Source: Tilletiaria anomala UBC 951
Taxonomy: Eukaryota
Assembly (NCBI RefSeq): GCF_000711695.1
Contig: NW_013547016.1
Coordinates: forward strand, 248,001 to 312,000
Length of the DNA: 64,000 nt
Direction: 5' to 3'
Shown here: piece after piece, positions 14,991 through 26,823 of the stretch
Numbering within the stretch: the first letter of the stretch is position 1
Layout: each line of letters begins with the position of its first letter
The notes under the pieces: generated by a model
Databases searched by the model: none
Told to the model about the DNA's origin: nothing
What the model saw: the letters and a program-made list of their open reading frames with translations, nothing else
Translations under genes and position numbers: made by a program

Positions 14991-16599
14991 AACTTCTGTT
15001 TTAAGGTTCGCTAGAGGCAGAGAGAGGCACTGGCAGAATTCTATGTGAGCGTGATTTTGCTTGTTGGCTGCGAGAGAGTGCGAACACGATTAGTACGACA
15101 GGACTCCCGCGTCTGACTGCTGCTGAATGCATGCAGGTACTCAGGAAGGTGCCGTTGCGTAAGTGAGACCCTCGCAGACATTCAGACTTCGGAAGTGAGT
15201 CGCGTCTATGATAGCACGAACTAGGCTTGGTGAGCTTTATCGGAAACACAACGCGCCCTCCATCCACATTCTGGCTGTTCATAGTCCTTAGTCCTGCTCG
15301 CCAGTAGCCTCGCCGTTATGCATGATCAACATCGCAGGTGGCGCCCCGAGAGCGCCTGCCAATCCGGCCATCTCTATCAGTCTTGCCGTCTTTCGCGGCT
15401 TCCCGTGGCGCTTGGTGTAGCGATGCATCCTCGCACAGCTCCTCGGTGCTTTTTGCGGTGCGGGGATGACCTATGACATCCACTTGCCTTGTGAATATAA
15501 TGTTGAGTTAGGACTTAAGGTCGTCATTGGGCAACGCTGACGTCGATCGCTCGACATGCGTTTCTTTAGTCATATCAATTATGAAGGCGGCGTCTCCTTG
15601 CGAACCCTAAAAGGTCAGAATGCAACGGCGGGTATCTTTGTGGCCATCCCATAGGCCCAAGCGGCGCCCACCGCGTCCGTGTCAACGAGTTTGTTGCTAG
15701 CGCCGTGCTCAGCGGTGTGTCGTTCGATTGGTAGACCGGCTATTCCATCAATCGCTGTCGTGACCTAGGCTTGCCCATTTTCTCTGGGCCACTGGCTTTC
15801 CAACTGAGCTCTGGACGCACAATCAGCTCTGTTGGCTATACCGACCGATCATCGGAACGATCTGGTGTGGCCTTATCGACTTCCTGCTGTGTGACCTGCT
15901 CGTCTACGCCGGGCAGGATAGTCCTATCTATAACTCCGGTGGAACACTCAAAGAAAATACATCGCACGGTTTCCTGCGCGTCGATCGCGCGCGAAGCAAG
16001 TTCGTCGAGGCATCCATAGATTGCAGTAGGGCAGAGTCCGAGCATGGCACGTCAGCCAGCGGCAAACCAACGAGACCATGGAACGAGGCGCCTATTTCAA
16101 AAGGCTAAGACTTTGCAGCAGCCGTGGAAGAAGGGACAAGGAGAGGAAGCATGTATTAGCTAGAAGCAGCGACCAAGAGCCCTGCAGTCGGCTTCCAATA
16201 TCGATTTCGAGAAAGTCAGTCGAGGGCAGCGCGAATAGATGCTGATGGGCAAGCACGCGAATAGATGACTACCGGCTCCGCGCGATCGTGATGGGTTATA
16301 TGTAGCTTTAGATTCCTGCTGCTACCCATGGGCCATATCGTTACGCCCTCATCAACAATCTGCAGTCGTCAGAGAGGCAGGTTGCCCGAGGGTCCTTGGT
16401 CTGTAATTCACTCGGCGCTTACGAAAGCCAATCCACGCTAGCAGGAATGCTCACCACCGCATTTCGAGTCTCATTTCGGCCACAGGTAGCAGAAAGAGTA
16501 GGACGGGGCACATCAAGCAGAAGATGATAGATTGTGGTTCAGTCCTTGAGATCACGTGTGCTGGTATTTAATTCCTAGCACATCTGCCGATAAGCTCGT

Positions 16600-17166
16600 T
16601 CACACGGGCTTGCCAGCTTTCGCCGCCGCGACCGCCGGAAGGGTGACCTGCCACCAGCCTGTTACAAGTAGTGCAACAACACCATGCATGCAGCCCAGCG
16701 TCCGTTCCGGCGTGATGTTCAGCCTTTCGGCCATATCGCCAAAGGATACGGGGACGAAACGAGGCGCCTGAAGGAGGATAGTCGAGAAACCCGCGTGGTA
16801 GATGACGAGAACGAGTGCCAGTGCACGCTTGCCTGGCAAGAAGTCTGGTAGGCCTGCGACGAGGATGGAGGCTACGCTGAGAGCGAGTAGCACGATGGAG
16901 AGCAGCTGGACGTGGAAGGGCATGAGGAAGCAGGAGGCGTTCGCGTCAGCGATTCATTCGCAAGGCTTACTAAATTAGGATCTGCTGCGGGTTTGCACCT
17001 TTGCAAAGACGATCGTAGTGTTCGTCATCTCGACCAAAGGCAAGGACGTGGTGAAGAAGAGGCCGAGAAGTGCGAGCGGACCATCGAGGGACACGCTGAT
17101 AAGCCACATCAGGTTGAATGGGCTGGCCATGGCGACACCGCTAGCCGAGCTTGCGTTTTGCGACAT
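16600..17166 (-). CDS. Small multi-pass membrane protein of unknown function
   Basis: Exon (MSQNASSASGVA)MASPFNLMWLISVSLDGPLALLGLFF..IVFAK, intron 16906-16998, then exon LLSIVLLALSVASILVAGLPDFLPGKRALALVLVIYH..HGVVALLVTGWWQVTL. About four hydrophobic segments. Confidence 0.75.
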
Positions 17167-17623
17167 CTCTGGTATCAAAGCAAAGGCTCGGTGCGTCGTC
17201 TGCCTCGGCGGGGTTCCGTTTTCTGGTGCGAAGAGAAAGAGGTAACACGATGAATTATCAACCTCAACTGTAACAACATTGATTGGTTTTCATGAGCTCC
17301 GCCTGTTGTAGAGTAGAGAGACTGAAGGTCGAGGTCGAGTCGGTCCAAAGTGTGGAATTCTAAAACACTTTTAATAAAAGAATAGGGTTATCAACCTGCC
17401 TTGTTTCTTCTCTCCGCTCCGCTCATCCTTTTGACTTTCAATACAATCATCAGACACATCTGCGTGTTCTGATGATTGCTTTGGGTTCAGTTCGTTGTTT
17501 TGGTCGAGCCTCGAAGGCATGCAATTATTATACGCTGGTAGAAACACGCTGTATTAATTGTCCGGGGCTTAAGACTGGCTACAGGAGGAGCGCAGCAAGA
17601 ATTGTTGTCTCTCCCAGCTCGCG

Positions 17624-19768
17624 ATGGATGACGAAGATGCCTTTCTTTATGGCGACTCTGCCGGCGCTACCGGCGAAGTCTTCACAACCACTGCGCAAGC
17701 TCCACCTGCACAAGGCACCGAAAAGGACGCAGTAGCTTCCTCGAACAATGTGCCTGCACCGGAACAGGCCACAGCCTCAGGAGGAAATGCTGGTGGCTCC
17801 CAAATTGGGGACGAAGATGCCCAGGGAGAGGTAGAGGAAGAGGAGGACGAAGAAGGGGAAGAGGAGGACAGCGATTCCGATCTCGAGATCATCATCGACA
17901 ACTCGGTAGACGCTGCGAGACCGCCGTCACAATCCAGTCAGCATCAGCGATACGACCGAAATCAACAAAACCGTGCAAGCCAAATAGGTGAGGGCCAGCG
18001 TATCACGCTGCCAAGTCAAAGTGGCTCAATGCTCACCCCCCCCCCCTTGCTGTTTGCAACCGCCAGCGCTAACTGATGAGTACACACCGCTAGCACGGGG
18101 CGTGCTACCTCCACGGCCGGGACAACCACCATCGCAGTTGATTGCAGCCCCTGAAGCTGCGAATGCTCCTGGTGCAGCCCCATCGGTGCCTCTGTCTGTG
18201 GCTGCCAACCGGGTATCAGAAGGAAAGCAACAAGAGGCGCCAGAGCACGGCGAGATTCCAGAGGGTCCACCGCCTCACGCGCCTTCGACCGCGCCAGTGC
18301 TGCGCCTCACACCTTCACCCGAAGAGCTGGCTATTGAAGACGGCAAGCCGGGAGACACAGTATATCACCTCGACCCAACGACGATGGATCTGAAGCCTTG
18401 GCGTCGCGCCGGTACGGATCTAACCGATTACTTCAACTATGGATTTGATGAGGAAAGTTGGAAGCGATGGGGCGAGAAGAAGAGGCGGATTATCGAGGAG
18501 CGCCGCGAGTTCGAGCAGAAGCGCATGGAAGGATGGCAAAACTCGATGGCGCACGCAATGCGCGGGCCCGTCTCGTCTGGCGCAGTAGGGATGAATCCAT
18601 TTGCCGCAGCTATGATGGGCATGTCACCAGGGATGCCGGGGATGCCGGGGATGTCGGGGATGCCCGGTATGCCGCCTGGGTTACCCGGTATGCCTGGAGT
18701 ACCCGGCATGCCTGGGATGCCGAGCATACCAGATATGGCAACTATGGCAGCGATGTTTGGACAGATGCCTCCGCAGATGCAGCAACAGATGGGCGGGCCC
18801 GAACAGATGATGGCCGCGATGATGGGTGCAGGCGGTGGAGGCCCACCTGGAGCGATGCCTTTCGGAGGACCGCATGGCGGACCGGGTCACTTTGGGCCTC
18901 CTCCTAGCATGGACAACAGATGTGCCCTAGACGGCGACAGTGAGATGCACGGGAATGAAGGCGAGACCAATGGGCGAGAGGCGGGCGAGGTAAGTCTTCA
19001 CACTGCTTTTCGTCTGCAAATGTTCTGTATCTCATTGTTTGTTATGCGGCACTACAGACATCTGCACCTGGCGTGCGGGCACCAACAGGACCTAGTGCGC
19101 GGCAAGCACTGCCGTCAGGCCCCAGCTCCGGTGCAGGGCCATTCTTCGACCGGCCCCCGCCGAGCGGTCCAGCAGCGGACCGTGAGAAGGAACGCGACCG
19201 CGACACTTTGCTCCCGGCAAATGTGCCGACCGGTCCCAAGGGCCGCAGGCCGCAGCGGCCGTTGCGCGACGGCGAAGCGGACCAGCTCGAGCGTGAGGGC
19301 TCCATCGCCACTGGCGGAGCTGGCACTCGCAGCCGCCGGATATCGGAGCGCAGCCCGGAAATGGAGTGGCCTGGCTCGCCTGGCACAGGCGGGAGGGATC
19401 ACGACCGCGACATTTCTGCCGACCATGGTACGGGTAGTAAGAGTCGCGCGAGGCGATCTCCACCCTCTCCGCCCGCGAGTCGCGGGCGGGATAGCCGCGA
19501 GGGCTCTTTGACGCCGGGGGGTGATGAGGAAAACGGGAACGGATCAAGGCGCAGTGGTGCTGGCCGGAATCGCGATCGCGAGCGTGCCGAGCGACGTGCT
19601 GGCCGGCAGCATGCGGACGAAGAGCAGCTGAATTACGACGATGACAGCGTGCATGGATCGGCACTTGCGCCTGGATCTGTGGCAGGAACTGGGAAGCCAT
19701 CATCGAGAAAGAGAGGCGCAGCGGAGGAAGATGATCGCGAATACAGAACGAACAAGATCAGGCGATGA
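17624..19768 (+). CDS. FIP1: Pre-mRNA polyadenylation factor Fip1
   Basis: N-terminal MDDEDAFLYGD, acidic DSDSDLEIII, Fip1 motif KPWRRAGTDLTDYFNYGFDEESW and an RD/RE-rich C terminus. Introns at ~18021-18066 and 18990-19057. Confidence 0.93.
18627..18722 (+). repeat. 9-bp coding tandem repeat (PGM)n in FIP1
   Basis: CCGGGGATG-like units encoding PGMPGMPGMSGMPGMPPGLPGMPGVPGMPGMP. Confidence 0.85.
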
Positions 19769-21765
19769 GCCGGCTCTTCGAGGTGTAGCATAGTGCTCAG
19801 AAGCGGGTCTACATGTGCGCTGCATCGGAGATGGGCTTCAAGATGGTTTAACTTGTTACAATCGAAACTGAAGCGTAGAATGTGAGACAAGCATTGAGAG
19901 ACGTAAATGGTTGCGCTGCATTCGCACTGTCACGATCAAGCACGATGGGGCGAAACCAGGAAGGAAACGTTGCCACCTTGGAAAGCACATTTCTATTAGG
20001 AGACGGAACTGAGCGCTGACTTGCCAGTATTGAAATCGCATCGCTTCATACGTGGAAAGAGGCTCTCATGCTTCTATCCATATGGGAACGCACTAGTGAG
20101 CCTCCGCTGAAGACATAAGGCACAATGGCATTGACACCAACGCAGTTATAATGTTACATAGGGTCAGGCAGCATTTCCCCCTGAGAAACGCTATGTGGTC
20201 ACCCTCTCGTACCTCGTACCGGATTGCTCGCCTTGTCTCTTCGAGCTTTAACTTGGGCTTTGGCACTGGGCACAGTGCGACCCACTTGGTGCGGTCAGCG
20301 AAAACCCCAGTATATATCCCAATCCTTGAAAGAAGCTGGGTCGAGCGAGTGCTTCGAAGCTTTCGGAGGCATGTACACGCACTCTTTGCTACTGCCGTTC
20401 GCACATGGTAACGCCATAAGATGCTGCCAAGCTCCACTCCCCCGTCCCGCTTGTGCACCCTCTCGACCCTTGCACGCCTCTTAGGCTAGCGAACGCCAGA
20501 CGAGAGTTGTCAGCATCTTTTCCAAATACGACTGCATGAGAGCTGAAATGCGACCGACACAGAGTGGACCAGTAGAAAATGGAGCGCTGATGAGAACACG
20601 GCATGGCTGGAGTGGAACGAAGAGTGACGAATACCATCGAGTGTTAAGGGCAGAGAATAGAGACTCAGGTTAAGGCGGAACCCAAGACAAAAGCTGAAGA
20701 GGGTGTGCGACATGCGAAGCCATCGTGCTGGAGGTGCGAAGAGATTAGAAACATGGAACAGTGTGACCCTGATGCACCTAACTCCAAAACGGGCTCTGTT
20801 ACTGAAGCTAGTGGGAAGCACATAGCAACAAGCTCGTCTATCGCGGGTTTCAGTCGACCTGGTTTGGCCTGTGGCACCGAGACTGATCAGTGACTTTGCT
20901 TTTTATGCCGAAAGCCGCACGTGAATGCCTCTTGATATGAATCCCTTGTAAGGAGGAAAAGCCTGGAAAGGTCATTTGTGTGTGCGTCCAACCTATCGCC
21001 ATGCCATCATTTCATCATGCACCTGCTTTACGATGCCATCTTCCGCGAGGCTCACTTTTGCTGCTCAGTTGCTAGCCTATTACACATAATTTACGCCGAC
21101 TGGTTGTGCTTAGCTGACCCTGTAATTATAAAAAGCGTCCAAGTCAACGTCGGGAGACCTGCTACCATGGAGACATTGATAGTAGTATAACAATAGAACG
21201 GACCAGTAGGCGAACGCGAGCAAGCTTGCCACAAGGCACAGGCACCAATTAAAGGATGAGATGTGACTAGGCTGACGGGACCGCTTCGGATGGCGCATCT
21301 GCCGGCAGTCCGCAATCCACTCACAGCTCTAGATCGCTCTCACAATTCCAACGCATTTGGAGACTGCCCGAAAGGCACAAGTGGGCGAGATGGCGCAATT
21401 TTCGGAGTCTCCGAGCCCTCTTTGAAGACACAGCCCTGACTGCGCACGCGGCAAGGCTCTGTTGCGCAAAGCGCAGTGCTGGCCAGCGCAATTTGGATCC
21501 AAATGAGAGCCGAAGGGAGTTCATTTACACTCGCCGACAAAATGTCTCACAGACTCGCAGTCGGCAGACGCCAGACGCCATAAAGCTTGCCTACTCAGTC
21601 GAGAGGAGATTCTCCCATTTACACATGCGACGGATGGTGCACATAGTTCATCAGCAGGGAAGCTCTCGCGTAATGTCTGTATTTAAGAGTATGATGGGTA
21701 TCTCACAGGACAGGCAGGCGTGGGGCTGGTCGGAGCTTCGACGTGCCGGCTATATGTTCAGCACA

Positions 21766-22320
21766 GAAGAAAGTTAACCTGGTTACTTTCACCTTCACGC
21801 TGTGGCTTGGGTTCTTCTTCGTTGCCCCAGCTTTCACCACGTTGCTGACGCCGACGGACATGAAAAAGAGTGGGTGCTTTCTTAAAATTGCACATGTGGC
21901 GCTGTAAGAGCGCTGTGGCAATCGGCACGCTTTGATGGCTATCACAGTCGTTCTTTAGACGCTGGCTGAATTTGACGTTAGTGTACTTGTAGCTCAACAT
22001 TGCGTATGCTAATTGAGTAGCTGACACCTGCGCTCTTTTCCCGCCTGTTCTAGCTGCGTATCTGTCGAATGCAACTGACGGAACGGTAACCCTCTCCCAA
22101 CCTTGCGCGGTGGCGAGTGAGAGAGCTGAGAGCCGGAGGATGGCTGTGTACTCACGGCTTGCACTTCGCACATGGATTTTGTTTGGATTCAGGGCTTCAC
22201 TGCGGCCCTTAGAACGTATTAAGAGTCTTGGACGGAAAGCTTTTACAACCCACAGTCGACTCTTTCTCACGACTTGCCTGCAAGTCTGGAGAATGGGGTT
22301 CTCATTACACCATGTCCTGA
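21766..22320 (+). pseudogene. Possible decayed spliced secreted-protein gene
   Basis: Signal-peptide-like KKVNLVTFTFTLWLGFFFVAPAFT has no in-frame ATG. A canonical intron follows at 21977-22053 (GTTAGT..GCTGAC..pyrimidine tract..TAG). The downstream frames I tried are interrupted or do not join cleanly. Confidence 0.25.
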
Positions 22321-24725
22321 CTAAATCTCGCCCATGGCGGGCAGACACCTGGCCAAGTTGCAAGACTCCCTCAAACAAGGCGCTTCAGTGTAAACTGTCC
22401 CACCAGTCGTGTTCTTGGGTAGTTATCTTGGTGTACATAGTTTTGATGGACCTTTTGCCTTGACTACCAATAACATGACTCCATAAACCAATATAAGGTG
22501 TTGCACCCGTCGGGCCCAATGGCAGTCGACTCGGCCCACATCAGAATCAACCTTCAGCGTGATACCCATCGCCTTACGGTTACCTTTTCGACGTGAGCCC
22601 GAACATGAGATTCACATACGCGGTCAATGCGCTGAGCCTCTTTCCATCGCAAAGTACGCCGTCTCAAACATGCAAGGTTATTCTGCAGACTTCGGGTGTT
22701 ATTGCCCCGCTCATGGCCAGTTTGAAATAGAGTGGACTCGGACGGCAATATCAGCAGTAGGCGCATTCTCTTCTAATTCCACGGTAAGGCACAGGTTTCT
22801 TGCACCGCAGGCAGTGTTTTCAAGTCGTTAACGCGCATGTAGTTTCCTTCGTGGGCCTTACAGAATTTCATGGGCAGTTCATGTGCAGGTTCTCGTCAGT
22901 CCTGGACGAGCTTTCCTATCAGAAAATACCCCGGCAGTTCTAGCCCGTTGCTCATCGATGGCTCCTCAAGTGCACCCCTTTGGATATGCACTCAGGCCTT
23001 CTCGCTGTGACCCATTCTTCAGTGTGAGTACGATTACATGATGCACAGAAAGGCGATTTTCTTATCTGTCGGAGGGTTAGCGTAGTGTGGCAAGCATGAT
23101 GAACGGGGTACATGATTTGAACACCTGCAGGAAGCGGCCCTGGTTGCTCATCGAAACTTTCCAAATGAAGGTCTCACCCTGCAATCCTTATGTAGCGCTC
23201 TATCTCCTGATTATAAGGAAGGTCTCATCGCACGAACGGCAGTTCCAAACTTAAGATTGAATTCCAACTGGCTGTGGGGGTGAGTTCGTGGCGGCTTTGT
23301 TTCCGAACAGCGCCAGACACAGAAGCCTGCTGGTATCCTGATTGATAGCGAGTCAGACAATGTACTAGAAGGCAACGTGGTGAGCATCACGGCATCAAGG
23401 TACACGTGAGACTTCCCTAGTAACCGTTACGCGTATTGTCAGATTCGCACCTTGAAGTCGAAGGTTCTATCGGCTGACGTGGTATATATCTGTTCCCTGC
23501 ATCAATTTGTTGCAAAGGAAACCAACGCTCCGCCAATGTTTCTCGTATCGGAAAGTGCAGCCACAGGTGGAAGGTGTGGCGAATATAGAAGCTATCTTTC
23601 GTTTCACTTCGAGGGTGACGCGTTTGAAACGCGTAGGCAACAAGTTGCAGCTCAACAATCAAGCACCTTACTATCTCTCGGGTCCCAACCAAGGCGTGAC
23701 GTAAAATTCTTCGTATGGAACCTTTGGCAAAGCCACCTACACCGCGTGTGGTAGCATCTTCCTGAATCAGCTGTCACAGTTCGAGCTCGCCCCGCGTAAC
23801 TCGCTCCATTTACACCTCGACCATCTCGCTAGTGCAGTGCTTCATGTGATTAGCAGTGCATGAAATTTTTTATTCGACTTCATGTTCAATGCACCCCTTC
23901 GCTGTCTTCAGCTCCAAAGTGTGTGGGAATATGCAGGCACTTGGAAGCGGCACTACCTGTCCTACATGCGTCAGATCCCTCAAACAATATCACAGTCTTT
24001 TTCGTCGAGAAATACGCGGCTAATGCCCGTAACGTGGGCGCTATGTGACAGGCAAAGACTGTGGAATGGGGCACTGCACTACACAGCAGGGAGAGTCTCG
24101 ATCCCGCTGCCCAACTCGCGCGCCCTGGCGGACGATGCCATTGACATTATTTGCTTTCCATTGAGGTGACTCACCCAGTATTCAGCGCGCTCGGATCGTT
24201 GACATCGCTTTCATTCCCGTCTGGATCGTCATCACCATTTCGCTTGGTCTGCTCGCATACTCACAATATTACGATCGACTGAGAGGCTCACTGACCAACG
24301 TCAAGGTCGGCCCGACTGAGTGGCTCCATGCTGTCGTTGCATCTTCGCAAGACGGTCTTCACAGCTCGTTCCATCCCGAAACGGGTATGACTGGTTCCCA
24401 CGGTAGACGCCACGTCAAAGCCTCGCTTAGCAACGTCTGCCACGTGGGCGAAAACCGATCTCGGCCTGGTTTCGTGGAAATGGAGAAACTACCAAAGGCT
24501 TGATTCCGTGATATCCTTGTTCAGAGAGCTGCAATTGTATATTATTCAAATATACTTCCGCACGTCTCGCATAAATCGATTTCTTTTAGCAAAGAATCTC
24601 GCCTGGCCGGGTAGAGTTATACATTTTGCGATGCGTGACACGAGTAAAGCGGCAAGTAAAGAGTTAAGCATGTGAAGTGGCGATTTTTAGGCTATTGGGA
24701 GACTAATAAAGGAGAGTCGGCAGGC

Positions 24726-26316
24726 CTACCTGGCGCCGAAGAATTGCTTGCTTTCCGCGCAGGTGTTGTTCATGCATCCAGGGCATCTCAGCATAAACTG
24801 CCTCGATGTTCTGCCCTGCGAGAAGTGGTCGACGCCCTGGGACCCGCCTGTGAGCTCGCCGGGGAGAACGGAGCCTTGCGTCGCGCCGTCAGTGAGCGCT
24901 GCAAGGTGCGAGGCGCAGATGTCTGCGAGTGCGCGCAAGAATTTTGGCTCGTCGTTGAGCGATTCGGCGCGGTGGAGCGTCATGCCATGCTGCAAAAGAA
25001 AAGCAACAGTCGCTGATTAGTACGCAGGTCCGAGCTCGCAGCCTGGAGAGAAGACGCCGCCAAATGCAGAATGCATATACCTCTTCTGCTTCCTCCTTCA
25101 GCTCAATGTCAAGTTCGTAGAGCGTTTCGATGTGGTCCTGCGTGAACGCGATGGGCACGGCGATGGCATGCTTATGTCCTTGCTTTGCCCACCCTTTGAC
25201 GGTGTCACTCGTTTGCGGGCCAAGCCAGGCGCTCGGGCCAACCTGGCTCTGCCATGTAACACGGTACGGATTCCTATTGCCCAGTACTTGCATCACTGCC
25301 GCGACCGTCGCGGCCACCTCAGCGGGGTACGGGTCGCCACGGCCTGAGACGATCTGCATGGGGAGCGAGTGCGCAGAGAACATGATTGGTACGTTGTCGC
25401 GCTCGGGTCCTTCAGGAAAGGTCTGTAGGATGGCATTGACGCGGTTGGCAAATGCATGTACCAGGCCTGGATGTGTCGGCCAGCGGTCGATGACGGACCA
25501 GCGGATACGTTCAACGTCCTTGTCACCCTGCTGGATGCGCGCCTGAATCTGACGGTAGAGCTCATTGACATTGGAGCCAGTGGTAGAGCAGCTGTACTGC
25601 GGATATTGCGTGAATGCGACGCAGCGCGTGATGCCGTCTGCGACCATCTCGTCGAGCGCCTCCTCGGTCAGCGGCCGCGCGTAGCGGAAGGCGACGTATG
25701 GCTTATGCGGCGCCGTCGACGGGTGCAGCTCGTCCAGCATCTTGACCATCTCCGCACCCTGCTTTCGCGTCCAGCGCAGGATCGGAGATCCCCCGCCGAT
25801 CTTGGCGTACTGCGCTTCGATTTTGGGCGTGCGCCGCCGCGCGATCAGCGGCGCCAGCCGCGACTGAAACGGCAGTTGGATTAGCTCGCGGTCATGGAAC
25901 AGGCGTGAAAGAAAGTCTGCGACGGTAGTGCACACATAACTATTTAAGCTGATGAAAGTGGGAGCGAGCTGCATCTGCACTTGAGAAACTCACCCCCAAC
26001 TTCAGGCAGCGTACTCGGTCCTGCATCGAGATGAGGTGGAAGGTGTCATCAATGGCGGCGAAATGCACTGATCAGAACGAGCACCAAAAACACACTCACC
26101 ACCCATGTTCATCATCAGAATTCCAACTTTCTCTTTATTGGTGCCATCGGACGCAGCGACTGTCGCCAGTCCGCATTGCTGCGAGCCTGACGCAGGCGCC
26201 GCTCTCGCCCTCGCTCCCGCTGCTGCTGCCGCGGCTCTGTTGACGAGAGCGCTTGACGTCTTCGGGGTGTTCACGAGGCTGGCGGAGCGCCGCCCAAGCG
26301 TGGTGCAGACGAGCAT
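24726..26316 (-). CDS. HEM15: Mitochondrial ferrochelatase
   Basis: Transit-like N terminus, [68 protein letters not shown] and C-terminal CPGCMNNTC. Includes a 27-nt exon at 25994-26020. Confidence 0.97.
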
Positions 26317-26638
26317 GTTTGGGCAAAGGAATTCGATCGTTGCTCCGTATCGTCTCCCCTGCTGCTGTTGCCTTACAATGTGCGTGTTCAAGCGTGCAAG
26401 TAGGAGGTTGGGAAGAAGCCAATGGCCGTGCGGGGATTGGTGGGCGTCGGATGAACTGTGATCGCCAGACAGGCCCCAGGCCCCATCACAGGGCCGCACA
26501 CAGCTACAGTGCCTGCCGACTATGGGGCGCTTGATTGCCGATCGGCATCTAAAAGGAAGAAAAAAGTTGCCGGTAGAAGTCGCCGACGCCCAGGCGGATA
26601 ACCTCTTCATACGTTAACTTTTCGAATCTGTCCGGGGA

Positions 26639-26644
26639 TGACTC
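26639..26644 (+). promoter_or_regulatory. Gcn4/CpcA-type site (TGACTC) upstream of HIS7
   Basis: ATGACTCGT lies ~180 bp upstream of the HIS7 ATG. HIS7 orthologues are cross-pathway control targets in ascomycetes. Confidence 0.35.
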
Positions 26645-26823
26645 GTTCATGTGCTCTGTATTTGGATAGCCGGAGATAGCTGGTACACAGTGCAGTCGTC
26701 TAGACCACTTCCATCGGATACGAATCCAAATAGCTGGCCTTGCCGACCCTCGGTGGTATAGATCTGCAGCTCGTAGGGACCTGGAAGGTGGGGGAGACAG
26801 GACGCGCAACAACTATTCCAAAG

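Noticed and set aside
21758..22378. 206-aa minus-strand ORF
   Set aside because: No motif or coding-like composition, and the splice signals here point to the + strand.
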